Positions 39,773-50,039 are shown, counted from the first letter of the stretch. The stretch is DNA of 64,000 nucleotides from Candidatus Entotheonellaceae bacterium (GCA_965238075.1 OZ250173.1:2272001-2336000); one strand, 5' to 3'. Numbers and translations are program-made. Notes: generated by a model from the sequence alone, not told the origin.

Positions 39773-40756
39773 ATGCCAGTTGAAGCTCCCTCGGCGGAAA
39801 AGCTTCTCGACATGTACGCGCGCATGTGGCGCATTCGCCTGTTCGAGGAACAAGCGGAATACCAGTCCAGCCAGGGTAAGGTGATGGGAGCCCTGCATAC
39901 CTACATTGGTGAAGAAGGCGTGGCAGTGCCCGTCTGCGCGCACCTGCAGGACACGGATTACATCACCAGCACCCACCGCGGCCACGGCCACTGCATTGCC
40001 AAGGGCGCCGATATCAGTCGCATGATGGCCGAGCTCTTTGGCCGCTCCACCGGTTATTGCAAGGGCAAGGGCGGCTCCATGCACATTGCCGATTTCAAGA
40101 TCGGCATGCTGGGAGCGAACGGCATCGTGGCCGGCGGGTTCGGGATCGCCACCGGCGCCGGTCTGGCGGCCCAGTTGCGCGGTAGCGGGCAGGTGGCGGT
40201 GTGCTTTTTCGGCGACGGGGCGGCCAATCGCGGTCCGTTTCACGAAAACATCAACATCGGCGCCGTATGGAAGCTGCCGGTGGTGTACGTGTGTGAGAAC
40301 AATCAATTTGCGCAGTGGACGCCGCAGAAGGACGTGACGCTGGTGACCGACATCGCCAACATGTCGCCCGCCTACGGCATCCCGGGCGTGCAGGTGGACG
40401 GCATGGACTCCCTGGCCGTGTACGAGGCGGCCGGCGAAGCGATCGACCGCGCGCGCCGGGGCGAAGGGCCGACCCTGCTGGAGTGCAAGACCTACCGCTT
40501 CCACGGCCACAATTTCGGTGACCCGCAACAGTACCGTACCCGAGAGGAAATCGCCGAGTGGTCCGACAATCGCGATCCCATCAAACAACTGGCGGCGCAC
40601 ATGCGCGACGCCGATGTGCTCAGCGACGAACAGGATCAGGACATCCAGAACACCGCGCAGGAAGAGATCACCGCAGCGGTGCGCTTTGCTGAGAGCAGCC
40701 CGTATCCAACACCGGACGAACTGTACAAAGACGTCTATTCCTACGATATCGGTTGA
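39773..40756 (+). CDS. acoA: TPP-dependent dehydrogenase E1 alpha (acetoin/pyruvate type)
   Basis: STHRGHGH, GKGGSMH, FFGDGA..ENN, TYRFHGH; GGAGGA RBS before ATG 39773. Confidence 0.85.
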   Translation: MPVEAPSAEKLLDMYARMWRIRLFEEQAEYQSSQGKVMGALHTYIGEEGVAVPVCAHLQDTDYITSTHRGHGHCIAKGADISRMMAELFGRSTGYCKGKGGSMHIADFKIGMLGANGIVAGGFGIATGAGLAAQLRGSGQVAVCFFGDGAANRGPFHENINIGAVWKLPVVYVCENNQFAQWTPQKDVTLVTDIANMSPAYGIPGVQVDGMDSLAVYEAAGEAIDRARRGEGPTLLECKTYRFHGHNFGDPQQYRTREEIAEWSDNRDPIKQLAAHMRDADVLSDEQDQDIQNTAQEEITAAVRFAESSPYPTPDELYKDVYSYDIG

Positions 40757-40799
40757 TGACACCCGGCCTGCAGGCCGGGCCTGGAAGGGGAGCTAGCTG

Positions 40800-41771
40800 A
40801 TGCCGAAAAAGAACATGCGTGACGCGCTGCGTGAGGCACTCCACGAAGAGATGGCGCGGGATGACAGCATTATCGTGCTGGGCGAGGACGTGATTGCCCA
40901 CGGCGGGCCGTATGCCGTGACGCGGGGCATCGACGAGAAATTCCCTGGACGAATTCGCCAGACGCCGATCTCCGAGGCGGGCATTGTCGGCACTGCCCTC
41001 GGCGCGGCGCTGTGCGGCATGCGTCCGGTGGCGGAGATCATGTACGTCGATTTTGCCACCTGCGCCATGGACGAGGTGGTCAATCAGATGGCCAAGGTGC
41101 GCTACATGTTCGGCGGCCAGACCGACGTGCCCGTAGTGCTGCGACTGCCGTCGGGCTCGGCGCGCTTGCTGGCGGCCCAGCATTCGCAGTGTCTGGAGGC
41201 GTGGTTCCTGCACGTGCCCGGCCTGCAGGTGGTGGTGCCGTCGACGCCGTATGACGCCAAGGGCCTGCTGAAAACCGCCCTGCGCGGCAAGGACCCGGTG
41301 CTGTTCATGGAGTACAAACGGCTGTACACCAATGAGGGCGAGGTGCCGGACGAGGACTACACGGTGCCGTTCGGGCAGGCGGACGTGAAGCGCGAAGGGC
41401 GCGACGTGACCATCGTGGCCACCGGACCCATGGTGCCGAAGGCGCTGGAAGCGGCCGGCATGCTGTCGCAAGAAGGCATCGAGGCCGAGGTGGTGGATAC
41501 TCGCACGCTGGTGCCGTTTGACAAGGCGACGGTGTTTGCTTCGGTTGAAAAGACCAACCGGGTGATCGTGACCGACGAGGAGGTGAAGCGCGGCGGCACC
41601 AGTGCCGAGATCGCTTCGCTGATTGCCGAGGAGTGTTTCGACGCGCTGGACGCGCCGGTGAAGCGCGTGGCGGCGGCGGAAGTGCCGATGCCGTTCAGCC
41701 CGGAACTGGAAAAGCTGGTGGTGCCAAAGACCGAGCATCTGGTCGCCGCGGCCCGCGAACTCGTCGGCTAG
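40800..41771 (+). CDS. acoB: TPP-dependent dehydrogenase E1 beta
   Basis: LGEDV, TPISEAGIVG, RPVAEIM, AAQHSQ, PSTPYDAKGLL. Confidence 0.85.
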   Translation: MPKKNMRDALREALHEEMARDDSIIVLGEDVIAHGGPYAVTRGIDEKFPGRIRQTPISEAGIVGTALGAALCGMRPVAEIMYVDFATCAMDEVVNQMAKVRYMFGGQTDVPVVLRLPSGSARLLAAQHSQCLEAWFLHVPGLQVVVPSTPYDAKGLLKTALRGKDPVLFMEYKRLYTNEGEVPDEDYTVPFGQADVKREGRDVTIVATGPMVPKALEAAGMLSQEGIEAEVVDTRTLVPFDKATVFASVEKTNRVIVTDEEVKRGGTSAEIASLIAEECFDALDAPVKRVAAAEVPMPFSPELEKLVVPKTEHLVAAARELVG

Positions 41772-41784
41772 AGGAGACGGGTGG

Positions 41785-43182
41785 ATGGCCATCACATTCG
41801 GTATGCCCAGCCTCGGGCATACGATGGAAAAAGGCAAGATCATCGAGTGGCTGAAGCAGGAAGGCGACGCCGTGGCCAAGGGCGAGCCGCTGGTGGTGAT
41901 TGAAACCGACAAGGTGATTACCGAGGTCGAATCGCCTGTCGACGGCGTGGTGTTGAAGATCGCCGTTGGCGCCGAGGAGGAACGGCCGATCGGGTCACCG
42001 CTGGTGTTGCTGGGGTCTGCTGACGAACAGCTCAGCGAGGCTGATATTCAGCAGTTGCTCGGCGATGCGGCAGCCGAGGCGCCGGCTGCGGCGCCAACCC
42101 CGCCACCCGTGCCGGCTGCGGCTGCGCCAGGGAGGGCGGGGCAAGGCTTGCCAGCTCGGGCCTCCGGTGAGCGTGTGAAGATTTCCCCGATCGCCCGCAA
42201 GTTATGCGACGAGTTGGGCATCGATCCGGCCACCGTGACCGGCACCGGGCCGGGTGGCAGAATTACCCGCGAGGACGTGCAAAAGGCTGCGCAAGCTGCT
42301 CCAGCGCCGGCCGCTGCCGAGCGCGTCAAGATTTCTCCGGTGGCGCGCAAGTTGTGCGACGAGTTGGGTATCGATCCGGCCACCGTGACCGGCACCGGAC
42401 CGGGCGGCAGAATTACCCGCGACGACGTGCTGAAGGCTGCCGAGGCGGCGAAGGCGGCGCCCGCTCCGGCCGCCGCGTCGTTGGGTGCCGGCAGCACCGT
42501 GCCGCTGCGCGGCATGCGCGGGCGCGTTGCCGAGCGCATGTTCCAGAGCTGGAACACCATTCCGCGGGTCACCGAGGTCATGCTCGTCGACATGAACGCC
42601 ACGGTGACCTTCCGCCAGGCCATGCTGGGGCAGTGGGAACAGCAGTATGGGGTTCGCATTTCGTTGAACGACCTGATCACCAAGGCGGTCGCCGCGGCCC
42701 TGCGGCGCCATCCCAGGCTGAACGCCACCCTCGTGGATCAGGAAGTGCGCCTGCACGAAAGCGTTAACGTCGGTGTCGCCGTCAACCTCGATGAGGGGCT
42801 CATTGTGCCGGTGATTGCTGACGCCGACCGCAAGGACCTCGGTCAGATCGCCCATGAGAGCCGCGAGCTAGCCGAGAAGGCCCGCGCCGTGCCGATGCGC
42901 CTGTCGCCGGACGAGGTCAGCAACGGCACTTTCACCATTACCAATCTGGGCACTACCGGCATCGACCTTTTCACACCCATTATCAATCCGCCGCAGGTCG
43001 CCATTCTGGGGGTGGGCATGGTGCAACGCCGGCCCGTGGTCGTCGGGGACGCCTTGGCGATTCGCCCCTCGGTTTACCTCTGCCTGGTGTTCGATCACCG
43101 CGCCGTGGACGGCGTGCCGGCGGCCAATTTCCTGCAAGAACTGCAACGTCTGTTCGAAAAACCCCAGGAATTCTTACTCTGA
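41785..43182 (+). CDS. acoC: Dihydrolipoamide acyltransferase E2 with two subunit-binding domains
   Basis: Lipoyl ETDKV, two GTGPGGRITR.DV domains, FDHRAVDG catalytic motif. Confidence 0.88.
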   Translation: MAITFGMPSLGHTMEKGKIIEWLKQEGDAVAKGEPLVVIETDKVITEVESPVDGVVLKIAVGAEEERPIGSPLVLLGSADEQLSEADIQQLLGDAAAEAPAAAPTPPPVPAAAAPGRAGQGLPARASGERVKISPIARKLCDELGIDPATVTGTGPGGRITREDVQKAAQAAPAPAAAERVKISPVARKLCDELGIDPATVTGTGPGGRITRDDVLKAAEAAKAAPAPAAASLGAGSTVPLRGMRGRVAERMFQSWNTIPRVTEVMLVDMNATVTFRQAMLGQWEQQYGVRISLNDLITKAVAAALRRHPRLNATLVDQEVRLHESVNVGVAVNLDEGLIVPVIADADRKDLGQIAHESRELAEKARAVPMRLSPDEVSNGTFTITNLGTTGIDLFTPIINPPQVAILGVGMVQRRPVVVGDALAIRPSVYLCLVFDHRAVDGVPAANFLQELQRLFEKPQEFLL

Positions 43183-43215
43183 GTCGGCGATGGGGGCTCG
43201 TATAACCGAGTCCCC

Positions 43216-44298
43216 TCAGCCGGCGTTCCCCTGCATGCGCTCGTAATCGCGCACAGCCTCCAGCACCTTATGGTTGGCCTTGGGGAGCGGGTAGGCGCCG
43301 ATGTCTTGCAGACTCACCCAGCGCACCTCGTCGCTTGTCAGCGCCTTGGCCTTGCCGCTGCGCCATTCGCAGTGATAGGCGGTCAGGGTGATTTTGAAGT
43401 GGGTGTAGCCATGCTCAACTCGACAGTATGGGAAGCCGACACGGACGCGCAAGCCGGTTTCCCTCCTGAACTCGCGGCGCAGCGTGTCGGCGGGGGCTTC
43501 ACCGGGCTTTGACTTGCCGCCCGGAAACACCCACAGCCCGCCGAGCATCTGATCCTGCCGCCGCCGTGCCAGCAGAAATTTTCCGTCCTTCCAGACGATC
43601 CCGGCTACGATCTGGTAATGCGGTACCGGCTTGCGGGCGCTCTTCACCGGCAACTCGGCGGTGCGTCCGGTCTGAAAGGCCACACAGTCCGCCTGCAGCG
43701 GGCAGGCTTCGCAGCGCGGCGCCTGCGGGCGGCAAACCAGCGCGCCGACCTCCATCATCGCTTGGTTGAACGCCGACGGCGGCGCCGCGGCGATGAAGGG
43801 CGTCAAGCGGGTCTGCAACTCGCTGCGCAGGCGGGGCTGGCGGATGTCGGTCTCGATGCCCCAGAAACGACAGAACACCCGCAGGACGTTGCCGTCGACC
43901 ACTGGCAACGGATGCCCAAATGCAATGCTGCCGACGGCGGCCGTCGTGTATGGACCGAAACCGGGCAGGCGGCCCAGCGCCTCGACATCTCCGGGCAATT
44001 CACCGTCGTGCTGCGCCACGAGCAGTTGGGCGGTCTTATGCAGGTTGCGGGCGCGCGAGTAGTAGCCCAGTCCTTCCCATAGCTTGAGTACCGCCTGCTG
44101 GTCCGCTGCCGCCAGGGTCGGCACGTCCGGGAAGGCCCGGACGAAGCGCTCGAAATAGGGGATGACGGTGTCCACCTGGGTTTGTTGCAGCATCACCTCG
44201 CTGAGCCATACGTAGTAAGGCCGGCTGTCGTCCCGCCACGGCAGGCGGCGTTGGTGCTGCCCGAACCAGTTCAGCAACCGTGTCACCCAATCGGTCAT
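43216..44298 (-). CDS. mutY: A/G-specific adenine glycosylase
   Basis: RRLPWR, SEVMLQQTQV, WEGLGYYSRARNL, LPGFGPYT, VDGNV.RV, 4Fe-4S Cys motif, Nudix-like C-terminus. Confidence 0.96.
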   Translation of the reverse strand: MTDWVTRLLNWFGQHQRRLPWRDDSRPYYVWLSEVMLQQTQVDTVIPYFERFVRAFPDVPTLAAADQQAVLKLWEGLGYYSRARNLHKTAQLLVAQHDGELPGDVEALGRLPGFGPYTTAAVGSIAFGHPLPVVDGNVLRVFCRFWGIETDIRQPRLRSELQTRLTPFIAAAPPSAFNQAMMEVGALVCRPQAPRCEACPLQADCVAFQTGRTAELPVKSARKPVPHYQIVAGIVWKDGKFLLARRRQDQMLGGLWVFPGGKSKPGEAPADTLRREFRRETGLRVRVGFPYCRVEHGYTHFKITLTAYHCEWRSGKAKALTSDEVRWVSLQDIGAYPLPKANHKVLEAVRDYERMQGNAG

Positions 44299-44468
44299 TG
44301 CGCTTCGTTCCTGATTTCCGACACGGTTATCAAAGGCAAGAGGCTTTGCACAAAATGTCAGGCGTGTTTCACGCCGTTGCGGGCAGGAACCGTCTGAGTT
44401 GGATGAGCTTGCGGTGGGTTCTTCAGGGCGAGGGCGTGTCTGCAGCCTGAATTTGTTCCCGGATGACG

Positions 44469-44759
44469 TCAATTTCCCTCGTTCCTTGAAACGCGCTCGC
44501 TGATGCTGACGGAGAGCTTGCGGAGTTCGGAGACTTCCTCGGTGAGGCGGTCGATGCGCTTGTCCATCGCGTCAAAGCGTTGGTCGACGGCGTCAAAGCG
44601 TTGATTGATGTGTCTGTCCTGGGCATCAAAACGCTGGCTGATGAGTTCGTCTTGGGCGTCCAGGCGCTGATCGACGATGGTGACCAGTGCGGCGAAAGCG
44701 ACGATGATGGTCGCGATGGTGATGAGGGTGTCGCTGTGTTTCTCGATCCAGCTGGGCAT
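44469..44759 (-). CDS. Small single-TM protein with QRFDA coiled-coil repeats
   Basis: TM ITIATIIVAFAALVTIV followed by QRLDA/QRFDA x4; possible frameshifted tail to 44423. Confidence 0.65.
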   Translation of the reverse strand: MPSWIEKHSDTLITIATIIVAFAALVTIVDQRLDAQDELISQRFDAQDRHINQRFDAVDQRFDAMDKRIDRLTEEVSELRKLSVSISERVSRNEGN

Positions 44760-44924
44760 GGAACGTAGCCTCCAAGGCCGGCCGCATGATTTGAGGGAGT
44801 GTATCACAGTTGGACTGGGGCGGGGAGCGCTGACGCCTCAACCGCAACACAGGCCAGCGAGCCCCTGCTATACTGGTCAAATTCGATTGGCAGACCAACA
44901 CGTTACGGAGAGAAAGGGACGCAC

Positions 44925-45995
44925 ATGCCACGCTTTAACCCGGCCGATCTGAGGACAGTCGGCTACACCCTGTTCGCCGCCCTCGGATGCCGGCCCGAGG
45001 ATGCCGAAGCAGTCGTCGATCACTTGGTCGAGTCCAACCTGTTCGGCCACGACTCGCACGGCGCCATTCGGTTTTACGAGTATGCCCAGGCGATCCGCGA
45101 GGGGCGCTTTCAGCCGCAGGCGGTGCCCAAGGTGGTGCGCGACAAGCCGTGCCTGGCGGTGGTTGACGCCGGCGGCGCCATGGGACAGGTGGGCGCCACT
45201 TTCGCCACGCGGCTGGCCATCGACAAGGCCCGGCAGCACGGCGTCGGGGCGGTGTCGCTGCGCAACACCAGCCACATCGGTCGGGTCGGTGCGTACCCGC
45301 TCATGCTAGCGCGCGAGGGGCTGATCGGGCAGATATTCGTCAACGCTGGGCACATGGGCCATCAGGCTGTCCCATTTGGCGGCATCGACGGCAGGCTGAG
45401 CACCAACCCGATTGCCTTCGCGGCCCCGCGGCGCGACGCCGAGCCACTGCTCGTGGACATGACGACGTCGGTGGTTGCCGAGGGCAAAATCCGCGTGGCG
45501 CTCAACAAGGGCGACCGGGTGCCCGAGGGTTGGATCATTGATTCGCAGGGCAATCCCACCACCGATCCGAAGGATTTCAAGGGCGACCCGCCGGGGGCCA
45601 TGTTGCCCATGGGCGGCGTCGTGGCCCACAAGGGCTATGCCCTGAGCCTCATGGTCGAGATTCTCGGCGGCGCCCTGAGCGGCCTGGGATGTGCCAGCGG
45701 CGCGCCCACCATGATCAGCAACGGCGTGTTCCTGCAGGCTTACAACATCGAGCATTTTGTCGACATGGAAGATTACTACCGCGAGGTGGAGTCGCTGATC
45801 GCGCACGTCAAATCGAGCCGCCTGGCGCCGGGCTTCAGCGAGATCATGTTGCCGGGCGAGCCGGAATTCCATAGCGCCGAGCGGCGCTCACGCGACGGCA
45901 TCGAGGTGGACGACACCACATGGTCGCGCATTTGTAAGGAGGCCGAGGCGGTCAACGTGGACGTAGGCCAGTGGGAGACCCTGCTGACCGCCTAG
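44925..45995 (+). CDS. LDH2-family (malate/lactate/ureidoglycolate) oxidoreductase
   Basis: GHDSHG, SHIGRVG.Y, STNPIAF, DMTTS.VAEGK, HKGYAL, PGEPE. Confidence 0.9.
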   Translation: MPRFNPADLRTVGYTLFAALGCRPEDAEAVVDHLVESNLFGHDSHGAIRFYEYAQAIREGRFQPQAVPKVVRDKPCLAVVDAGGAMGQVGATFATRLAIDKARQHGVGAVSLRNTSHIGRVGAYPLMLAREGLIGQIFVNAGHMGHQAVPFGGIDGRLSTNPIAFAAPRRDAEPLLVDMTTSVVAEGKIRVALNKGDRVPEGWIIDSQGNPTTDPKDFKGDPPGAMLPMGGVVAHKGYALSLMVEILGGALSGLGCASGAPTMISNGVFLQAYNIEHFVDMEDYYREVESLIAHVKSSRLAPGFSEIMLPGEPEFHSAERRSRDGIEVDDTTWSRICKEAEAVNVDVGQWETLLTA

Positions 45996-46017
45996 GCGTC
46001 GAAGGGAGCCCGTGTGC

Positions 46018-47244
46018 TCAGCTTGGCAGCGGCGCGGCCACGGCCCGTTGCGCCAGCGGCTGCGGATACCAGTGATCCTCGTAATCGCTCCACAGGCCGC
46101 GCAGGTGCGGCATGACGTCCTGGGCAAAGCGCTGGGTGTTTTCGCGTGTCAGCTCGTCGCCCATGTTGCCGATCTGGCACAGCAGCATGGCATTGCCGAC
46201 GCGCATGCTGGTGAACGCCTCGCGCAGGGTGTCGCGCACGGTGGCGGCGCTGCCGGCCACCACGTAGCCGTGCTCAATGAAGTCCTTCCATTTCAACTGC
46301 TGGCGTGCCGCCGAGGCGATACCGCCGACTTGCGGGGTGAATCCCGCCCGCATGGTGGCCATGGTGCGGTAGCCTGGCGCGTCGGCGAAACCGGGGTGGA
46401 CGTGTAGGCAGCGGTTGAAGAAGTAATCGATGTGCGGTGCGTACAGCCGCTCGGCTTCCTGATCGCTGTCGGCCACGCAGACGATTTGCGCGTAGCCGGC
46501 GCGGTAGGGGTTGTCGTCCTTGCCGAGCGCCGCGGCCCGCTCCCAATAGCCGTCCATCACCTTCTGCGCCCGCTTGTAGCCGTAATAGCTGAGGTTGGAG
46601 TAGTTGTAGTCGTGCTGCAGGCAGAAGTCCCAGGTTTCGACGCTACCGCCGCCGGGAATCCAGATGGGCGGGTGCGGTTGCTGCAAGGGCCGCGGCCAGA
46701 TGTTCACATAGCGCAACTGGGTGTACTTGCCGTTGAAGCTGAACGGTTCCGGACGCGACCATGCCTGGATGATCAGGCGGTGCGCCTCGTCGTACTTGTC
46801 GCGTAGCGTGGCGGGTGGTTCCCCGTAGCAGAAATTGGTGTCCATCGATGTGCCGACCGGGAACCCGGCGATGAGCCTGCCGCCGCTCATCACGTCGAGC
46901 ATGGCAAACTCCTCGGCCACGCGAATCGGCGGGTTGTACAGGGCGATACTGTTGCCCATCACCACCAGCGCCGCCTTCGACGTGCGGCGCGTCAACGCCG
47001 CCCCCATGATGTTGGGCGAGGGCATGAGGCCGTAGGCGTTCTGGTGATGCTCGTTCACGCAGATACCGTCGAACCCGAGACCGTCGGCGAACTCCAGCTG
47101 ATCCAGATATTGGTGGTACAGATGGTGACCCCGTTCGGGATCGAACAGCGCACTCGGCACGTCCACCCACACGCTACGGTACTTGTCCTTGAAATCATCC
47201 GGCAAATCCGGGTACGGCATTAAATGGAACCAGTGAAAACGCAT
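46018..47244 (-). CDS. LLM-class flavin-dependent oxidoreductase
   Basis: GFDGICVNEHHQ, P.RVAEEFAMLD.MSGGRL, PRPLQQPHPPIW. Confidence 0.9.
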   Translation of the reverse strand: MRFHWFHLMPYPDLPDDFKDKYRSVWVDVPSALFDPERGHHLYHQYLDQLEFADGLGFDGICVNEHHQNAYGLMPSPNIMGAALTRRTSKAALVVMGNSIALYNPPIRVAEEFAMLDVMSGGRLIAGFPVGTSMDTNFCYGEPPATLRDKYDEAHRLIIQAWSRPEPFSFNGKYTQLRYVNIWPRPLQQPHPPIWIPGGGSVETWDFCLQHDYNYSNLSYYGYKRAQKVMDGYWERAAALGKDDNPYRAGYAQIVCVADSDQEAERLYAPHIDYFFNRCLHVHPGFADAPGYRTMATMRAGFTPQVGGIASAARQQLKWKDFIEHGYVVAGSAATVRDTLREAFTSMRVGNAMLLCQIGNMGDELTRENTQRFAQDVMPHLRGLWSDYEDHWYPQPLAQRAVAAPLPS

Positions 47245-47439
47245 GAACGGTTCTCTCTCTGTTAAGGTTATGGTAGCGGACTCGCGTGCCCGTTTGGCGC
47301 TTCAAGCCGATACAGGAGAACCCAGCACGGTATCGACGAGGTGGAGAGCAGCCCCATCCTACCAAAGAATAGGGAATGAGGCACAAGTGCGTGAAGCTTT
47401 ATTGACAACCGTAACGTTCTTATTTCTGGAGCCATCACC

Positions 47440-49815
47440 ATGACAGACAATCCCGATCACCTTTCCGGCATGCTGCAAGGCGTGCGCGTTCTGGAAGTCA
47501 CCGAGCCGCTGGGCGCTCTCGTTGGCCGCTTTTTGGCTGACCTGGGCGCCGACGTCATCAAAATCGAACCGCCAGAGGGGGATGGAGGGCGCCACGCCTC
47601 GCCGTTCGTCGGCGCGGGCGACGAGCGCCTCAGCCTGCCCTTTGTGCGGGCCAACGTGAACAAGCGCAGTGTCATTCTCGATCTCACGCAACACCGCGAT
47701 CAGGAACGCTTTCGCAGCTTGGCCGAGCGGGCCGACGTGGTGGTGAGCACCGACGGTATCGCCGCCTGGGCGGCCAGGGGCGTTGATCTGAACGCGCTGG
47801 CCACGGTTTACCCGCGCCTGGTGTGGCTGTCCATATCCACCTTCGGCCTCAGCGGGCCGCACAGCGGCTACGCCGGCAACAACATCATCGCCGAGGCCAT
47901 GGGCGGGCTGACGTACATTCAGGGCGACGATGCCAAGCCGCCGTGTGTGTCGCCGTGCGAGCAGGGCGTCTATCTGGCCAGCCTGCACGCCGCCTTTGGC
48001 GCCCTGATGGCGCTGTGGGAGTGCCGCGCCAGCGGTCGGGGGCAGCTGGTGGAGACGAGTGTACAGGAGGTGCTGGCTAGCCTGTATTTCCTGATCGTGA
48101 ATTACGGCTTGCAGAGCGACATTCCGTACCGCATCGGGGCGCGCAATTTCATGCCGCCGAACGGCTATTACCGCTGCCGGGACGGCCACGTGTTCATTGC
48201 CACCCTGATGTCGGGCCTATGGGAGAAGCTGGCCGGCGCGGTTGGCGATCCCCGGCTGGCGGATGATGCCCTGCGCAACGCCGATTACCGCAACGAGCAC
48301 CCGGAGCTGGTCGATCCGATTCTGGAGGAATTCGCGTCGGGTTTCGATCGTTGGGCGTTCACCAGTTTGCTGCAAAGCCACGGCGTGCCGGCTGCACCAT
48401 GGTCCAGTGTGGCGGACGTGGCGGACAACGAGCATCTACGCGCGCGCGAGTTTTTCATTGATTTCGAGCAACCGCCGGTTGGCCGCCTGCGCAGCGCCGG
48501 GCCGATGTTTCTCGCCCCTGCCGCGCCGCTGCGCATTCGGCGCCCGGCGCCGCGAGCCGGGGAGCACCAGGACGAGGTGCTGGCCGAGATTGAGGCGCCA
48601 CCGCAACGGTTCTCGACCCCTGCCGGGGGCATCGGGCGCCGTCTGCCCCTGGAAGGTATCCGCATTCTGGACCTCAGCCGCGCCTGGGCCGGCCCCTACG
48701 GAACCCGCTACCTGGCGGATTTCGGCGCCGATGTCATCAAGGTAGAAACCGGCAAGTACCCCGACGGACGGCAGCCCGACAACCCCGGATACGGCGAGGT
48801 CAATCGCAACAAGCGCTCGGTGACGCTGAATTTTCAGACGCCCGAGGGCCAGGACCTGCTGCGGCGTCTGGTGGCCGTCAGCGATGTGGTGGTCGAAAAT
48901 TTCAGTCCGCGCGTCATGGTCAAATACGACCTGGGTTACGCCCATCTGAAAGAGGTGCGGTCCGACCTCATCATGGTCAGCCTGCCGGGCTTTGGGCGCC
49001 AGGGGCCGCACGGCGGCTTCGTCAGCTTCGGCGGCCCGCTGATGGCCTATACCGGCATGTCGTACCTGTGGGGTCACCCCGACTCGCCGCCGAACGCGCG
49101 CGTGAAGGTGGCGCAGCCGGACTACATCGCGGCCGCCACACAGACGCTGGCGGTGATGGCGGCCCTCCATCACCGGGCGGCTACGGGCGAGGGACAGCAC
49201 ATCGAAATCGCCCAGGTGGAGACGACGATTGCCGCCATGGAACTGGTCTACCTCGATTACTTCGCCAACGGCACAGTGGCCGGGCCCATGGGCAACCGCG
49301 ATCCGAATGCGGTGCCGCAGGGCTGCTATCCGTGCCTCGGGCACGAGGCATGGTGCGTCATCAGCTGCACCACCGACGCGCAGTGGCGCACCCTGGCGAC
49401 AGTGATTGGCGGCGAGGCGCTGGCTGATGATGCCAGCTTGGCGACGGCAGAACAACGCTGGCAGCGGCACGACGAACTCGACGAGTTGATCGGCAACTGG
49501 ACGCGCGACCGAACCCCGTACCAGGTCATGCGCGACCTGCAGGCCGCCGGGGTGCCGGCCGGCGCCATGCAGACGTCTGAGGACCTATGGCGGGACGTGC
49601 ATCTGCGAGCGCGGGATTATCCGGTGATGATGGCGCATCACGACCTCGGCACCCTCGAGCACGCCGGTATGTCGGTGCGGCTGCACGCCACGCCGGGCCA
49701 GATTCAAAGACCCGTGGGGCCGATGGGCGAGGCAAACGCGGAGGTGTTTCACGGGCTCCTGGGGCTCTCGGAATCCGAACTCGGCAGGCTTATGGCAGCG
49801 GGCGTCATTGCGTAG
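47440..49815 (+). CDS. Double-domain CaiB/BaiF CoA-transferase
   Basis: Two tandem family-III units (LQGVRVLE...GADVIKIE; LEGIRILDLS..GADVIKVE); 791 aa. Confidence 0.92.
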   Translation: MTDNPDHLSGMLQGVRVLEVTEPLGALVGRFLADLGADVIKIEPPEGDGGRHASPFVGAGDERLSLPFVRANVNKRSVILDLTQHRDQERFRSLAERADVVVSTDGIAAWAARGVDLNALATVYPRLVWLSISTFGLSGPHSGYAGNNIIAEAMGGLTYIQGDDAKPPCVSPCEQGVYLASLHAAFGALMALWECRASGRGQLVETSVQEVLASLYFLIVNYGLQSDIPYRIGARNFMPPNGYYRCRDGHVFIATLMSGLWEKLAGAVGDPRLADDALRNADYRNEHPELVDPILEEFASGFDRWAFTSLLQSHGVPAAPWSSVADVADNEHLRAREFFIDFEQPPVGRLRSAGPMFLAPAAPLRIRRPAPRAGEHQDEVLAEIEAPPQRFSTPAGGIGRRLPLEGIRILDLSRAWAGPYGTRYLADFGADVIKVETGKYPDGRQPDNPGYGEVNRNKRSVTLNFQTPEGQDLLRRLVAVSDVVVENFSPRVMVKYDLGYAHLKEVRSDLIMVSLPGFGRQGPHGGFVSFGGPLMAYTGMSYLWGHPDSPPNARVKVAQPDYIAAATQTLAVMAALHHRAATGEGQHIEIAQVETTIAAMELVYLDYFANGTVAGPMGNRDPNAVPQGCYPCLGHEAWCVISCTTDAQWRTLATVIGGEALADDASLATAEQRWQRHDELDELIGNWTRDRTPYQVMRDLQAAGVPAGAMQTSEDLWRDVHLRARDYPVMMAHHDLGTLEHAGMSVRLHATPGQIQRPVGPMGEANAEVFHGLLGLSESELGRLMAAGVIA

Positions 49816-49849
49816 CGCGCAAGCCTGGGGTGGCATGCGGCCGGGGGAA

Positions 49850-49922
49850 TGGAGAATGCGGGATTCGAACCCGCGACCTCCGCCTTGCAAGGGCGGCGCT
49901 CTCCCAACTGAGCTAATTCCCC
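49850..49922 (-). tRNA. tRNA-Ala(UGC), CCA not encoded
   Basis: GGGGAATTAGCTCAGTTGGGAGAGCGCCGCCCTTGCAAGGCGGAGGTCGCGGGTTCGAATCCCGCATTCTCCA; cloverleaf with G3:U70. Confidence 0.97.
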
Positions 49923-49965
49923 AACAGCAGGGTAAGGGGTGGACAAGGGAGTGAAGCAGGGGGGA

Positions 49966-50039
49966 TGGGCCTGGGTAGAGTCGAACTACCGACCTCACGC
50001 TTATCAGGCGTGCGCTCTCACCAGCTGAGCTACAGGCCC
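49966..50039 (-). tRNA. tRNA-Ile(GAU), CCA not encoded
   Basis: GGGCCTGTAGCTCAGCTGGTGAGAGCGCACGCCTGATAAGCGTGAGGTCGGTAGTTCGACTCTACCCAGGCCCA. Confidence 0.97.

Noticed and set aside
49816-49850. Integrative element at the tRNA-Ala 3' end
   Set aside because: No integrase and no duplicated tRNA 3' end found in the window.
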